A stretch of 64,000 bases of DNA. Source: an uncultured delta proteobacterium. GTDB lineage: Bacteria > Desulfobacterota > Binatia > HRBIN30 > BPIQ01. The notes under the pieces were generated by a model that saw nothing but the letters and a program-made list of their open reading frames with translations, had not been told where the DNA came from and ran no database searches. The stretch covers positions 128,001 to 192,000 of the forward strand of contig CAVXGR010000018.1 of assembly GCA_963761335.1 (NCBI GenBank), in the 5' to 3' direction. How positions within the stretch are numbered: the stretch's first letter is position 1; every line of letters begins with the position of its first letter. Shown here in pieces: positions 1 to 9,846 of the stretch. The position numbers were made by a program, and so were the translations under genes.

Positions 1-2530
1 CGGTGGCCGTAGGTGTCTGCGTGGGTGTCGGCGTCTCGGTGAAGGTCGGGGTCACCGTCGGAGTGTCGGTCGCCGTCGATGTCGGCGTCGGCGTACTGGT
101 CTCGGTCGCCGTCGGCGTGATCGTCGGAGTGAGACTCGGCGTCGCCGTGGGAAGGACCAGCGCCACCTTGACGAAGCCGTCGCCTGTCGTCACCGGGGTG
201 ATGTTGGCGCCCGTTTGGTCCTGGGCGATGCCGTTGCTGTTGAGGATCGGGTAGGTCCCCGGGGAGGTGCCCGGCAAGACACTGAAGATGCAAGTGTAAA
301 GCGGCCCGTCGGGGATCGGTGCATTGTTGATGGGCGGGCCCTGCACGAAGATTCGCACGGTGGTCGTTGTCGCCGTGCTGCCGATGACGCTGGCGACCAC
401 ATTCTTGGTCAGGCCCGCGGCGATGGTGCAGTCCGCCGGGTTCAGCGACATCGCATTGTGGTTGTAAGTGATGTCGTTCCCGGTCCCCGCGACGACGTTG
501 CCGGAGGTCTCCAGGCTGGTGGCGACCGAGGCGATGCTTCCCGCCAGGGTGATGTCGTTGCCGACCTGAATATGGGCGCCGAGCGGGGTCGGCGTGGCGG
601 TCGGCAGGACGAGCACGACGTTGACGCTGCCGTCGTTGCCGATCACGTTCGCGAGGCTGTTTCCATCCGGATCTTCGGCGACCGTGTTGCTGACGGTGAG
701 CGGATAGCTGCCGGGTGGTGTCCCGGGAAGAACACTGAAGGTGCAGCTGTACAGCGGGCCGTCGGCGATTGGGTCGTTATTGATCGGCGGCCCCTGCACG
801 AAGACACGAACCGTGGTGGTGGTCGAAGTGGTCGCCACGACGCTCGCGGAGAGCAGCTTCGGTGCCGCGGTGGTGAGTGCGCAGTTCGCCGGGTCGAGGG
901 CCAGCGCCGTGTTGTCGAAGGTGATGTCGTTGCCCACGCCGGCAACCAGGAAGCCGGCGTTGTTCAGGGAGATCCCGACCGTGGCGCTGCCGCCCGCCAG
1001 TGCGGTCTCATCGCCGACGTCGACGACCACCGAGACGGGAGTCAAGGTCACGGTCGCCGTCTGTGTGGCGGTCGGCGTCTCCGTCGGAGTCGGGGTGTCG
1101 GTCGGCGTGTCGGTCGGCGTGCTCGTTGAGGTTTGTGTCACCGTCGGCGTGCTGGTTGGCGTCGACGTCGGGGTGTCGGTCGCGGTCGCCGTCGGGGTTG
1201 AGGTGAAGGTAGGTGTCGACGTCGGTGTCCCGGTCGGAGTATCGGTGGCCGTCGGAGTTGCAGTCGCGGTCGATGTCGGCGTCCGAGTCGGCGTCTCCGT
1301 CACTGTCGGAGTGTCCGTGGGTGTGCTCGTCGGTGTCGGCGTGCTCGTCGGCGTTGTGGTGGGCGTGCTCGTCGGCGTCGATGTCGGGGTCAGCGTGCTC
1401 GTCGGTGTGGACGTGGGCGTCGATGTCGCGGTGATCGTCGGCGTCAAGGTGACGGTCGGCGTCCGTGTCGGCGTGGGAGTCTGTAGGACCAGAGATACGG
1501 TCACCGAGCCATCTGCGCCGACGACGGGCGAGAGGGCGAATCCGTTCGGGTCCTGTGCCAGCTGGTTGCTGTTTGTGAGCGGGTAGTTTCCGGGCAGAGT
1601 CCCCGGCTTGATGCCGAAGGTACAGGTATACATCGGCCCATCGGGCATCGCTGTGTTCGGCGGTCCCTGGACGAAGACGCGTACAGTGGTCGTCGTCGCC
1701 GTAGTCTGAACCACACTGGCGGTGAACGTCTTCGCCAGTGAGGGATTCAGCGAGCAGTCGGTGCCGGGGGTCAGAGTGAGGGCCGTGCTGTCGAAGGTGA
1801 TATCGTTGCCGGTGCCGGCGACCATAAGCCCCGAGGTGGTCAGCGTCGTGGTGATGTCGACGCTGCCTCCAGCCAGACCCAGGCCCGTGCCGATATCGAT
1901 GTGAACGCGTTGAGGTGTCGACGTCGGCGTCGAGCTCGGAGTCGACGTCGGTGTGTTGGTCGGAGTCGACGTTGGCGTCTGCGTCGGTGTGTCCGTGGAT
2001 GTCGGCGTCTGTGTCGGGGTGTCGGTCGACGTCGGCGTCTGCGTCGGCGTATCGGTGGAGGTCGGCGTCGCCGTCGGTGTGTCGGTCGGGGTGGATGTCG
2101 GTGTCTGTGTGGGGGTGTCGGTCGACGTCGGCGTCTGCGTCGGGGTATCGGTGGATGTCGGTGTCTGTGTCGGGGTATCGGTGGAGGTCGGCGTCGCCGT
2201 CGGTGTATCGGTCGGGGTGGATGTCGGTGTCTGTGTGGGGGTGTCGGTGGACGTCGGCGACTGCGTCGGGGTATCGGTGGAGGTCGGCGTCGCCGTCGGT
2301 GTATCGGTCGGGGTGGATGTCGGTGTCTGTGTGGGGGTGTCGGTCGACGTCGGCGTCTGCGTCGGAGAGTCGGTCGGCGTCGAGGTCAGGGTCGGGGTGA
2401 TCGTGGGCGTTTCAGTTGGGGTCTCCGTCGGTGTCTCTGTAGGCGTCAGTGTCTGCGCGGAGGCGAGTTGTGGGCCCGCCAGGAAGAGGGCGACGAACAA
2501 GATGCCAATGACGACTTTGTACCGTTTCAC
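1..2530 (-). CDS. Secreted scaffoldin-like protein: signal peptide, long Pro/Thr linkers and at least 3 cohesin-like repeats; 3' end runs off the window
   Basis: Translated by hand, as it is absent from the ORF track (no stop in window). GTG at 2530 gives [26 protein letters not shown], then ([10 protein letters not shown])n, then three ~140-aa repeats (~1483-1909, ~605-1036, ~150-580). They share LAGxxxxxxxxL...VAGxGNDITF/YD/N...C...[13 protein letters not shown]...DGPxYxCxF. Confidence 0.85.
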   Translation of the reverse strand, partial: MKRYKVVIGILFVALFLAGPQLASAQTLTPTETPTETPTETPTITPTLTSTPTDSPTQTPTSTDTPTQTPTSTPTDTPTATPTSTDTPTQSPTSTDTPTQTPTSTPTDTPTATPTSTDTPTQTPTSTDTPTQTPTSTDTPTQTPTSTPTDTPTATPTSTDTPTQTPTSTDTPTQTPTSTDTPTQTPTSTPTNTPTSTPSSTPTSTPQRVHIDIGTGLGLAGGSVDITTTLTTSGLMVAGTGNDITFDSTALTLTPGTDCSLNPSLAKTFTASVVQTTATTTTVRVFVQGPPNTAMPDGPMYTCTFGIKPGTLPGNYPLTNSNQLAQDPNGFALSPVVGADGSVTVSLVLQTPTPTRTPTVTLTPTITATSTPTSTPTSTLTPTSTPTSTPTTTPTSTPTPTSTPTDTPTVTETPTRTPTSTATATPTATDTPTGTPTSTPTFTSTPTATATDTPTSTPTSTPTVTQTSTSTPTDTPTDTPTPTETPTATQTATVTLTPVSVVVDVGDETALAGGSATVGISLNNAGFLVAGVGNDITFDNTALALDPANCALTTAAPKLLSASVVATTSTTTTVRVFVQGPPINNDPIADGPLYSCTFSVLPGTPPGSYPLTVSNTVAEDPDGNSLANVIGNDGSVNVVLVLPTATPTPLGAHIQVGNDITLAGSIASVATSLETSGNVVAGTGNDITYNHNAMSLNPADCTIAAGLTKNVVASVIGSTATTTTVRIFVQGPPINNAPIPDGPLYTCIFSVLPGTSPGTYPILNSNGIAQDQTGANITPVTTGDGFVKVALVLPTATPSLTPTITPTATETSTPTPTSTATDTPTVTPTFTETPTPTQTPTAT
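1915..2445 (-). repeat. Coding tandem repeats (30- and 36-bp units) encoding a Pro/Thr/Ser linker
   Basis: Units [10 protein letters not shown] and [12 protein letters not shown] recur almost exactly at DNA level. A second PT tract lies at ~1040-1480. Confidence 0.9.
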
Positions 2531-2548
2531 TCAATCACCAGGTCCTTT

Positions 2549-4078
2549 TCAGGGCATAGCTGCCAGAGCGCGGACGACCCCAGGCAGGTCTGCGGCGGTG
2601 ACGGCCCGTTCCAGGCAGCCAGGCGCTGCCGGAGAATTGTCGAAGATCCGCGCGATGATGATGCGGACGTCGCTTTCGTCGATCTTCCCGTCGCAATTCG
2701 CATCGTCCGGACCGGCCGGCGTCGGCGTTGCGCTGGGAAGCGGGGATAGCGTACGAGTCGGCGTTAAGGTCACCGTCGGCGTACGCGTCGGAGTTGCGGT
2801 TCTCGTCGCCGTTCGTGTTTTCGTCGGCGTCCTCGTCGGTGTCGGGGTTGCGGTCGCCGTCGGTGTCGCCGTGGGCGTGAAGGGCGGACTGACTCCGTTG
2901 AGCACGACTGAGACGCTCTGTGTATCCCGCCCGAACGTCTGGTCTTCCTGGTCGGCCGTGGCGAAGTCGAGCTTTTTGTCTCCGTTGAAGTCCGCCACTG
3001 CCAGACCGATGGGGCCGGTGCCGACCCCGACCGTCTCTCCCATTGAGAAGGTGCCATCGCCGTTATTCAAGAGCAGCGTGACATTGTTCGAACCGCTGTT
3101 GGCCGTCAGCAGATCCTGGTCGCCGTCGCCGTCGAAGTCGCCGGCGGCCACGGCCGCCGGCAGCAGGCCAACGGGGTAGCTCACCGGGGGCGCGAAAACC
3201 CCCGGAGCTTGCTGCAAAAAGACGAGAACACTCCCGTCCAGGCGACTGGTGATGGCCAGATCGGGAAGCGCATCGGCGTTCAGGAGCGCTATTGCTGCAT
3301 CGGTCGGCGCATCGACGTCGGCGAGAGCCACGGGCGCGCCGAAGGGCGTTCCTCCGGCCTGTCTGTAAAGAAACCAGACCTGGTCCCCGTCCGTATCCAG
3401 CACCACCAGGTCGGCCCCGGGCGCGCCGTTCCCATCGAGATCCCCACTGACCAGTCGGCCGGGGATGATGTTGCCGATGTCGATGGGCTGGGCGTTCGAG
3501 AAGGCGCCCCCGCCCGTTCCGGGTAGCAGCGAAATCTGTCCGTTGCCTTCGGTTGAGGTGGCACAGGCGGCGAGGTCGAGAACCCCGTCTGCGGTGAGGT
3601 CGGCTGCCGTGATACAGGTTGGAAAAAGGCCGACGGTAAAGGGGTTGGAGTTGAAGGACAAGGGTGCGGTGCTGGTGTAAACGACCGCGGCACCATTGAA
3701 GTCCGGGAAGCTCTCCAGGTCGTCAGCGGACAGGGCGAAGTCGTCCACAGCGTCGTCCCCGAAGCGCCCAGCGGCAATTCCAGTGACGGAAAAACGGTCC
3801 GCAACCTCAACTTTTTTGCTCTGCGTGAACACGCCGTCTCCCCGATTGATCAGAATCGTTGCGGTATTTCCCTCGTCCGCAGTGATCAGGTCGAGACCGG
3901 CCGTGTCATCGAACTGCCCGCTGGCGATCCCCACCGGGGAGGTTCCGACCGGGTAGTAGCGGCGCTGTCCGAAAAGCGGGGCCCCCCAGCTCGTCGCGGG
4001 GAGCCAGGCAAGGCCGCAGAGGATGCCAATTGTGGCTGCAAGCAGATGTTTTGCGACCTCACTTCTCCCCTCCGACAC
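2549..4078 (-). CDS. Secreted FG-GAP/VCBS repeat (beta-propeller) protein with PT linker and C-terminal dockerin-like motif
   Basis: Repeated [15 protein letters not shown] and [14 protein letters not shown] motifs; hydrophobic signal ending SWG|A; C-terminal [21 protein letters not shown] 4078 after GGAGAG chosen as start (track start 4120). Confidence 0.85.
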   Translation of the reverse strand: MSEGRSEVAKHLLAATIGILCGLAWLPATSWGAPLFGQRRYYPVGTSPVGIASGQFDDTAGLDLITADEGNTATILINRGDGVFTQSKKVEVADRFSVTGIAAGRFGDDAVDDFALSADDLESFPDFNGAAVVYTSTAPLSFNSNPFTVGLFPTCITAADLTADGVLDLAACATSTEGNGQISLLPGTGGGAFSNAQPIDIGNIIPGRLVSGDLDGNGAPGADLVVLDTDGDQVWFLYRQAGGTPFGAPVALADVDAPTDAAIALLNADALPDLAITSRLDGSVLVFLQQAPGVFAPPVSYPVGLLPAAVAAGDFDGDGDQDLLTANSGSNNVTLLLNNGDGTFSMGETVGVGTGPIGLAVADFNGDKKLDFATADQEDQTFGRDTQSVSVVLNGVSPPFTPTATPTATATPTPTRTPTKTRTATRTATPTRTPTVTLTPTRTLSPLPSATPTPAGPDDANCDGKIDESDVRIIIARIFDNSPAAPGCLERAVTAADLPGVVRALAAMP

Positions 4079-4306
4079 GCCGTGCTCTCCGTTCTCAAGG
4101 TCCTTGCCATGTTGAATCAAGTGGGAAATGTTACGACTGGAGTGAACAGAATTGCAAGGAGAAATGTTTGGCTCTGCACGCGGCGGATGCGGACTCTACC
4201 GCCGCACCCGGCCGGCGCAAGCGTTTTTCCTTTCCCGGGAACATTTCCTTTTGAAATACGGCTGCTTCAGTGGCTGAATGGGCGGGTGCCCGGTCGGGGA
4301 GCCAGG

Positions 4307-5152
4307 ATGCATGCGCGTCGGGGCGCGCCGGGAGGGCGACGAGGAGCCCGGGCGCTGGCGGTGCTCTGCTGTGCCCTGTTGAGCGGCTGCGCCGCCCGGG
4401 GGCCCCTCGGTGCGGCGCGCGCCAGCGAGGGCGGCATGAGCTGTCACGAGGCCACTGAGGTCGCCCGCGCGGCGATGTTCCGGCTGGGATACGGCATCGA
4501 GAAGGTGGTTCCGGCGACCCCGCAGGCCCCCGGCAGGATCGTCGGCCGCCGCAACTCCGGATGGGCCGCCGGCACGCCCGAGGGAGGGGACGCCTACACG
4601 GCGATCATCGAGATCACCTGCTCGGATCAGGGGGCGGACTTCACAGCCGTGACCGACGAGCCGATCACCTCGCGGATCACCTTCCGCCAGCGGTTCAACG
4701 ACGCGATTGCGGAGATGGCGAAGCGCCAGGTCCGCGAGCCGAGTCTCGACAAGACGCCGCGCCAGGGCCTGGTGATCACCGTCGAGCCGCAGCGCTCGAG
4801 CCAGGCGCGATCGGTCTTTGGCGCCGATCTGCTGGCCGCGGGAGTGACGCCGGTGCGTATCCAGATCCACAACCGCACGCCGCGGGCCTATGGCTTCGAG
4901 CGCGGCGACGTGCAGCTGGTCTCTCAGGAAGGCGAGCGGGTGGAGCCGCTGCCGATCGAGAAGGCCGTGGCCAAGGTCGAGCCGGAGGTTGCTGCCCAGA
5001 TGCGAGCCAAGCTCATCGGCGAAGGGAATCTGGCGGCGGGAGAGTCGCGCCTCGGCTACCTCTATTTCCCTGCCTCGGCGTACCGCCGTGCCCGCGTCGT
5101 CCTCACCGACCTCGAGAACGACGAGTCGGAGGGCACCAGCATCGAGTTCTGA
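4307..5152 (+). CDS. Hypothetical lipoprotein
   Basis: ATG 4307; Arg-rich N-terminus, hydrophobic stretch, lipobox LSG|C. Confidence 0.7.
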   Translation: MHARRGAPGGRRGARALAVLCCALLSGCAARGPLGAARASEGGMSCHEATEVARAAMFRLGYGIEKVVPATPQAPGRIVGRRNSGWAAGTPEGGDAYTAIIEITCSDQGADFTAVTDEPITSRITFRQRFNDAIAEMAKRQVREPSLDKTPRQGLVITVEPQRSSQARSVFGADLLAAGVTPVRIQIHNRTPRAYGFERGDVQLVSQEGERVEPLPIEKAVAKVEPEVAAQMRAKLIGEGNLAAGESRLGYLYFPASAYRRARVVLTDLENDESEGTSIEF

Positions 5153-5194
5153 GCGCGGCGGCGCGCGCCGATCGTCAAGCGCCCATCCCGCCGC

Positions 5195-6667
5195 TCAGAA
5201 CTCGAAGCGCTCGCTCTCCTCGGTCTCCGCGTGCGTCACCTCGCGCGGCCCGTCGTCGGCGGAGTCTGCCGGGCCCTCGATCAGCAGCGGCTGGGTGCGC
5301 AGCAGAGGCTCGATGCGCTCCATCAGCCGCGGGCCGTAGAAGGCCAGCGCGTTGCTCGACAGCAGGCGCACGGCGTACTCGGGGTCGATCTGCGGGTTGG
5401 TGATCACCCGTTTCACACAGTCGGTGAGAACGCCGTCCCAGTGGCCGTAATCGACCGACCAGCCGGCGAGGCGCTCGCCCGTCTTGCCGAGAGCGGCGCG
5501 CAGGTAGGTGGGGGCCGGATCGTCGGGCTCGAAGGTGGTGAATATCTGACCGCGAGCCAAATACTCTTCCGGATTGCGCCGGAGGTCTCGATGCTCGAAG
5601 AGGAAATCGCGGTGGGAGTTGCCGTTCGGCGGCGCCTGCTGCCTCTCGCGGGCCAAGCTCAGCAGGTTGCGGGCGCGCTGGCGAATGCCGACGCGCGGGG
5701 CGCTCTGCCGCTCGCGCAGTGCCTCCCAGGCGAAGCGGGCGCGGGAGATCTCCTGGCGCGGGTCGAAGTCGCGGACACGCTTCTCCCAGTGCTCGTGCAG
5801 GGCGTGCATCAGGTCCGGGAGCCAGCCGCAGCCGGCTTCGAGAAAGCCGAAGCGCAGGCGCGGGAAGCGCTCGAGGACGCCGTCCATGATCAGCTTCGCC
5901 ATCGCCATCTGCTGCTGGCTGCGGTGCCCGAACAGATGCACCAGCGCGAAGGTGTCGAGCTGATCCGAGGAACCACCGCAGAGGTAGGCTCCCGGCGTGC
6001 CGTGCACGGCGATCGGCACGTTGAGCTCCTGTGCCGCCTCGTACAAGGGGAAGAAGCTCGGGTCGGAGAGATGTCGCGGCGCGCGTATCGCCGGAAAGGC
6101 CTCGGGTGCATCGGGATGGGGAATCGGGAGATTCGGCGAGATGCTCACCGCCGGCATGCGCAGCTGGTGCACGCAGCGGCGCATCTCGGTCACCGCCTCG
6201 TCCACGTCCTGCAGCGGCAGGATGCCCGTCGCTATCAGGCGCATGCGGTAGGGAGCGCAGTCGTCGTGGATGTAGTTGTTGTAGGCGCGGCAGAGGGCGA
6301 CCGCCAGGTCCTTGTCGATCAGGCTGGCGAAGGTCAGAGTCAGGGAGCCGTAGATGATCTGGACGTCGATGCCCTCGCGGTCCATCTGCTGCAGGCGCAC
6401 GCGGTTGTAAAGGGCGCCCATGGCCGTCTCCGGGTGCAGGGCGCGATAGGCTCCCTTGCCGAGGCCGTCCGGTTGCGGGTAGAGGCGCACGAAGTCGGCC
6501 TTGCCGGTGCGCGGATTTCGATCGGTGATGGCGACGCGCTGCTCGCCGTGCGCGTCGATGACCGTGCGCAGGCGATTGCGGTACGCCGGCTCGACGTATT
6601 CGAGGAAGATGACCGGGTTCTCGATCTTGTGCGAATCGGCGTCAATGACCGGCGCGCCGCGAAACAT
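5195..6667 (-). CDS. Amidohydrolase family protein (Amidohydro_2-like)
   Basis: N-terminal IDADSH, PIAVHG, RFPRLRFGFLEAGCGW and C-terminal DYGHWD motifs. Confidence 0.85.
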   Translation of the reverse strand: MFRGAPVIDADSHKIENPVIFLEYVEPAYRNRLRTVIDAHGEQRVAITDRNPRTGKADFVRLYPQPDGLGKGAYRALHPETAMGALYNRVRLQQMDREGIDVQIIYGSLTLTFASLIDKDLAVALCRAYNNYIHDDCAPYRMRLIATGILPLQDVDEAVTEMRRCVHQLRMPAVSISPNLPIPHPDAPEAFPAIRAPRHLSDPSFFPLYEAAQELNVPIAVHGTPGAYLCGGSSDQLDTFALVHLFGHRSQQQMAMAKLIMDGVLERFPRLRFGFLEAGCGWLPDLMHALHEHWEKRVRDFDPRQEISRARFAWEALRERQSAPRVGIRQRARNLLSLARERQQAPPNGNSHRDFLFEHRDLRRNPEEYLARGQIFTTFEPDDPAPTYLRAALGKTGERLAGWSVDYGHWDGVLTDCVKRVITNPQIDPEYAVRLLSSNALAFYGPRLMERIEPLLRTQPLLIEGPADSADDGPREVTHAETEESERFEF

Positions 6668-6804
6668 GATTGGGCCTCCTGGGGGGTGCCCCTGTGTTAC
6701 GGCAGGGACCCGGGAGCGTCAAGAAGACGGCAGCCGATGCTGGACCGAGCCGGCCGGCTGTGCAATGGATTGCCGAGTCATTCCTCACTTGGAGAAGGCA
6801 TTTC

Positions 6805-7011
6805 ATGGGCGACGAAGCAGCGAACATATGGATTCCCGATGAGCTGGTCGAGTACTACTCGCAGCGCGCCGAAGCGGATCCGAACATCACCGATCTCAAC
6901 CACGCCATCCGCATCGTCCTCCGCAAGCACATGATGTTCGAGGAAGGCGCACTCACCGACCCGCTGGAAGAGCTGAAGCTCGAGGCGATCACCTGTCCCC
7001 ACTGCGCCTGA
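6805..7011 (+). CDS. Small hypothetical protein, possibly ribbon-helix-helix with C-terminal CPHC
   Basis: GGAGAAGG SD upstream of ATG 6805; 68 aa; host-like codon usage. Confidence 0.65.
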   Translation: MGDEAANIWIPDELVEYYSQRAEADPNITDLNHAIRIVLRKHMMFEEGALTDPLEELKLEAITCPHCA

Positions 7012-8927
7012 TCTGGCGGAATCGCCTGGCTCTGGCGGCGCTGATTGCGCTCATCCCTGTGCCGCCGAGCGCCGCCGCGGATGCCGTGCCGCCGCGGGTG
7101 GCGAGCTATACCATCGAGGCGCGCCTCGATGCGACGAAGAAGGCGATCACCGCTCGGGAGCGCCTCCACTGGCAGAACACCAGCTCGGAGTCGGCGCCCT
7201 ATCTCTACTTTCATCTCTACCTCAACGCCTTCGCCAACAACCGCACCACGCTGATGCGCGAGTACCAGTCGGCGCGCGGCCGGGGGGCGCTGGACCACTG
7301 GCGGGACGGCTGGGGATCGATGGAGATCCGCTCGATCCGGGTCGACGGCCAGGAGCTGGTGCAGGCGCTGCGCCCGGCACACCCGGACGACTCGAATCTC
7401 GACGATCGCACCGTGATGCGCCTGCGGCTTGCGAAGCCCATCCCGCCCGGTCGCTCCGTCGACGTCGACATCGCCTTCACGGCGCAGCTTCCCAAGCTGC
7501 TGCTGCGCAGCGGCTATCTCGGCGACTTCTTCATGGTCGCCCAGTGGTTTCCGAAGGTCGGGGTCTATCGAGACGGCGAGTGGAGCTGCCATCAGTATCA
7601 CCTGGCCAGTGAGTTCTTCTCGGACTTCGGCGTCTATGACGTCAGCCTCACCGTTCCGGCGGATCTCGTGGTGGGCGCCACTGGCGAGCGCGTCGAGGAG
7701 TGGAGCAACGGCGACGGGACGCGCACCATGCGCTACCGGGCCGAGAACGTGCACGATTTCGCCTGGGCGGCAGATCCGCGTTTTCAGACGGTCGCCGATC
7801 GCTTCGGCGACGTCGATGTCCGCCTGCTCTGCCGGCCGGCCGACTGCGGCGCCGCTGATCGCCATCTCGGCGCCACCCGGCAGGCGATGCGCTGGTTCGA
7901 GAAGCACATCGGCCCGTACCCGTACCGCACTCTCACCCTCGTCGACCCCGGCCTCTTCGGCGATGCCGCCGCCGGCATGGAGTACCCGACGCTGTTCACC
8001 GTCGGCCCCTCCCGCTGGATCCCGCGCGGCATTCGCATTCCGGAATGGGTGGCGGTTCACGAGTTCGGGCATCAGTACTGGCAGGGCATCGTCGCCAACG
8101 ACGAGGCCGAGGAGGCCTGGCTGGACGAGGGCGTGAACTCGTACACCGAGGACAAGGTCCTCAAGGCTGCCTATGGCCCGGCCAGCGTCATCGATCTGCT
8201 CGGGCTGCAAGCCGACTCGCTGACCATGCACCGCGCCAGCTTCATGATGAGCGGCAGCCTCGATCCCATCATGCAGCCGGCCTGGCAGTTCCTCGATCTG
8301 CACAGCTACCATAGCATCACCTACTCGAAGACGGCGCTGGTGCTGCACACGCTGGAGTCGGACATCGGCGAGGAGCGCCTCCTGCAGGCGCTGCGCGCCT
8401 ACTACGAGCGCTGGCGCTACCGCCACCCGCGCGGCGAGGACTTCATTCGCTCGCTCTCCGATTCCTCGGGCGAGGACCTGCAAGGGTTCTTCGATCAGAC
8501 GCTGCGCAGCAGTGGCGTCGCCGACTACGCGGTGACCCACGTCGACGTGTCGCCGGTGCAGGCCTTCGCCGGCGCCGACGTCGGCAGCGCCAGCGAGCCG
8601 GTGGCGAGCGCGCCGAGCTACCACAGCACGGTGCTCATCGAGCGCCTCGGCACCGTGCAGCTGCCGGTCGACATCGACGTGCTGTTCGCCGACGGTCCGG
8701 AGACCCACGAGCGCTGGGACGGGAAGTCTCGCTGGCGACGCTTCGACTACACCGGCAGCCAGCGCGTCATCGCCGCCGTAGTCGATCCCGCGGGGAAGAT
8801 TCCCCTGGACATCAACCCGATCAACAACTCGCGCATGCAGGACCCGGCCAGCCGCGGCCTGGTGCGTCTCGGCGTGCGCTGGGGCGTGTGGTTCCAGATG
8901 CTCCTGCAGCTTCTGACGGTGCCCTGA
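7008..8927 (+). CDS. M1 family metallo-aminopeptidase, secreted
   Basis: GMEY exopeptidase motif, HEFGH zinc motif, WLDEG third ligand, YSK Tyr. A signal-like segment lies in frame upstream of GTG 7059, so the start is uncertain (CTG 7008 or 6993). Confidence 0.9.
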   Translation: MIWRNRLALAALIALIPVPPSAAADAVPPRVASYTIEARLDATKKAITARERLHWQNTSSESAPYLYFHLYLNAFANNRTTLMREYQSARGRGALDHWRDGWGSMEIRSIRVDGQELVQALRPAHPDDSNLDDRTVMRLRLAKPIPPGRSVDVDIAFTAQLPKLLLRSGYLGDFFMVAQWFPKVGVYRDGEWSCHQYHLASEFFSDFGVYDVSLTVPADLVVGATGERVEEWSNGDGTRTMRYRAENVHDFAWAADPRFQTVADRFGDVDVRLLCRPADCGAADRHLGATRQAMRWFEKHIGPYPYRTLTLVDPGLFGDAAAGMEYPTLFTVGPSRWIPRGIRIPEWVAVHEFGHQYWQGIVANDEAEEAWLDEGVNSYTEDKVLKAAYGPASVIDLLGLQADSLTMHRASFMMSGSLDPIMQPAWQFLDLHSYHSITYSKTALVLHTLESDIGEERLLQALRAYYERWRYRHPRGEDFIRSLSDSSGEDLQGFFDQTLRSSGVADYAVTHVDVSPVQAFAGADVGSASEPVASAPSYHSTVLIERLGTVQLPVDIDVLFADGPETHERWDGKSRWRRFDYTGSQRVIAAVVDPAGKIPLDINPINNSRMQDPASRGLVRLGVRWGVWFQMLLQLLTVP

Positions 8928-8928
8928 G

Positions 8929-9831
8929 ATGGGCAGCGCTCTGCGCGCCGGCCTGCAGCTGGCCTTCCACCGTTTGCCGTTGGCGCTGGTTCTATGGCTC
9001 GTGAACCTCGCCTTCGGAACTCTCTTTGCCGCTCTTGCGGCGATGGCCCTGTCCCTGTCGCTGGACGGCTCCTGGTTCACCCGCTCGCTGCTGTACCAGC
9101 TGGACTTCAATGCCCTGGCTGCGGCGATTGCGCACTCGGGGGCGGTATTCCAGCTTCTCGCCGGGGCCGGGCTGGCGCTGGCGGCGATCTACGTCATCGG
9201 CTGGCTGCCGTTGCACGCCGTCATCGTTGCTGCCGTGTGCACGCGCGAGAAGGTGACGGTGCACGGCGCCGTGCAGGCGGGTACCCGTCACCTGCCGGTG
9301 TTCATCCGCCTGTTCGTGCTCTCGGGGGCGATTACCGGCGGTCTGCTGTTCGCCATCGTGGTCGCGAGCCGCGCGGTTCTGCAGCTGGCGCGGGATGCCG
9401 CCGCCGAGAGGGCGTGGGAAGCGGGTCTGGCGGGGGGGATCATCGCCCTGGCGATGGTGCTGGTCTTCTGTATCGCCGTGCACGATCACGCCCGCATTCG
9501 GGCGGTGGCTCACGGCAGCGGAGCCTGGAGCAGCTATGCATGGGCGCTGCGTTTCGTGGTCGACGGCGGCCGCCGCGCCTTTCTCCTGGCGCTGGGGCTG
9601 CAGGTGCTCGGTATCGGCCTGTGGGGGGTCTATCAGGCGGCGACCTGGGCGATTCCGACGAACTGGATGACCGGGGTGATCGTCGCCCTCGTCTGGGCAC
9701 AGCTGTGCATCGCCGCCCGCATGCTGTTGCGGGTCTGGTCCTTCGCCGCCCAGGCGGATCTGCAGCTCGACCTGCGCGCCGAGGAAGCCTCCCTGGTGGC
9801 GCGCGCCCGCGCCTTCCGCGCCACCGCCTGA
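8929..9831 (+). CDS. Multi-pass membrane protein co-transcribed with the M1 peptidase
   Basis: About 6 hydrophobic segments; starts 1 nt after the peptidase stop. Confidence 0.8.
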   Translation: MGSALRAGLQLAFHRLPLALVLWLVNLAFGTLFAALAAMALSLSLDGSWFTRSLLYQLDFNALAAAIAHSGAVFQLLAGAGLALAAIYVIGWLPLHAVIVAAVCTREKVTVHGAVQAGTRHLPVFIRLFVLSGAITGGLLFAIVVASRAVLQLARDAAAERAWEAGLAGGIIALAMVLVFCIAVHDHARIRAVAHGSGAWSSYAWALRFVVDGGRRAFLLALGLQVLGIGLWGVYQAATWAIPTNWMTGVIVALVWAQLCIAARMLLRVWSFAAQADLQLDLRAEEASLVARARAFRATA

Positions 9832-9846
9832 ACTTCCGCCGGCGGC

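Noticed and set aside
1915..2400. Regular ~30-bp repeats as a possible CRISPR array
   Set aside because: Repeats are contiguous with no unique spacers, keep frame within a CDS, and no cas genes are present.
3..3179. Plus-strand Val/Gly-rich ORFs (VGVSVGV...)
   Set aside because: They are antisense shadows of the minus-strand Pro/Thr linkers; the real gene, with a signal peptide, is on the minus strand.
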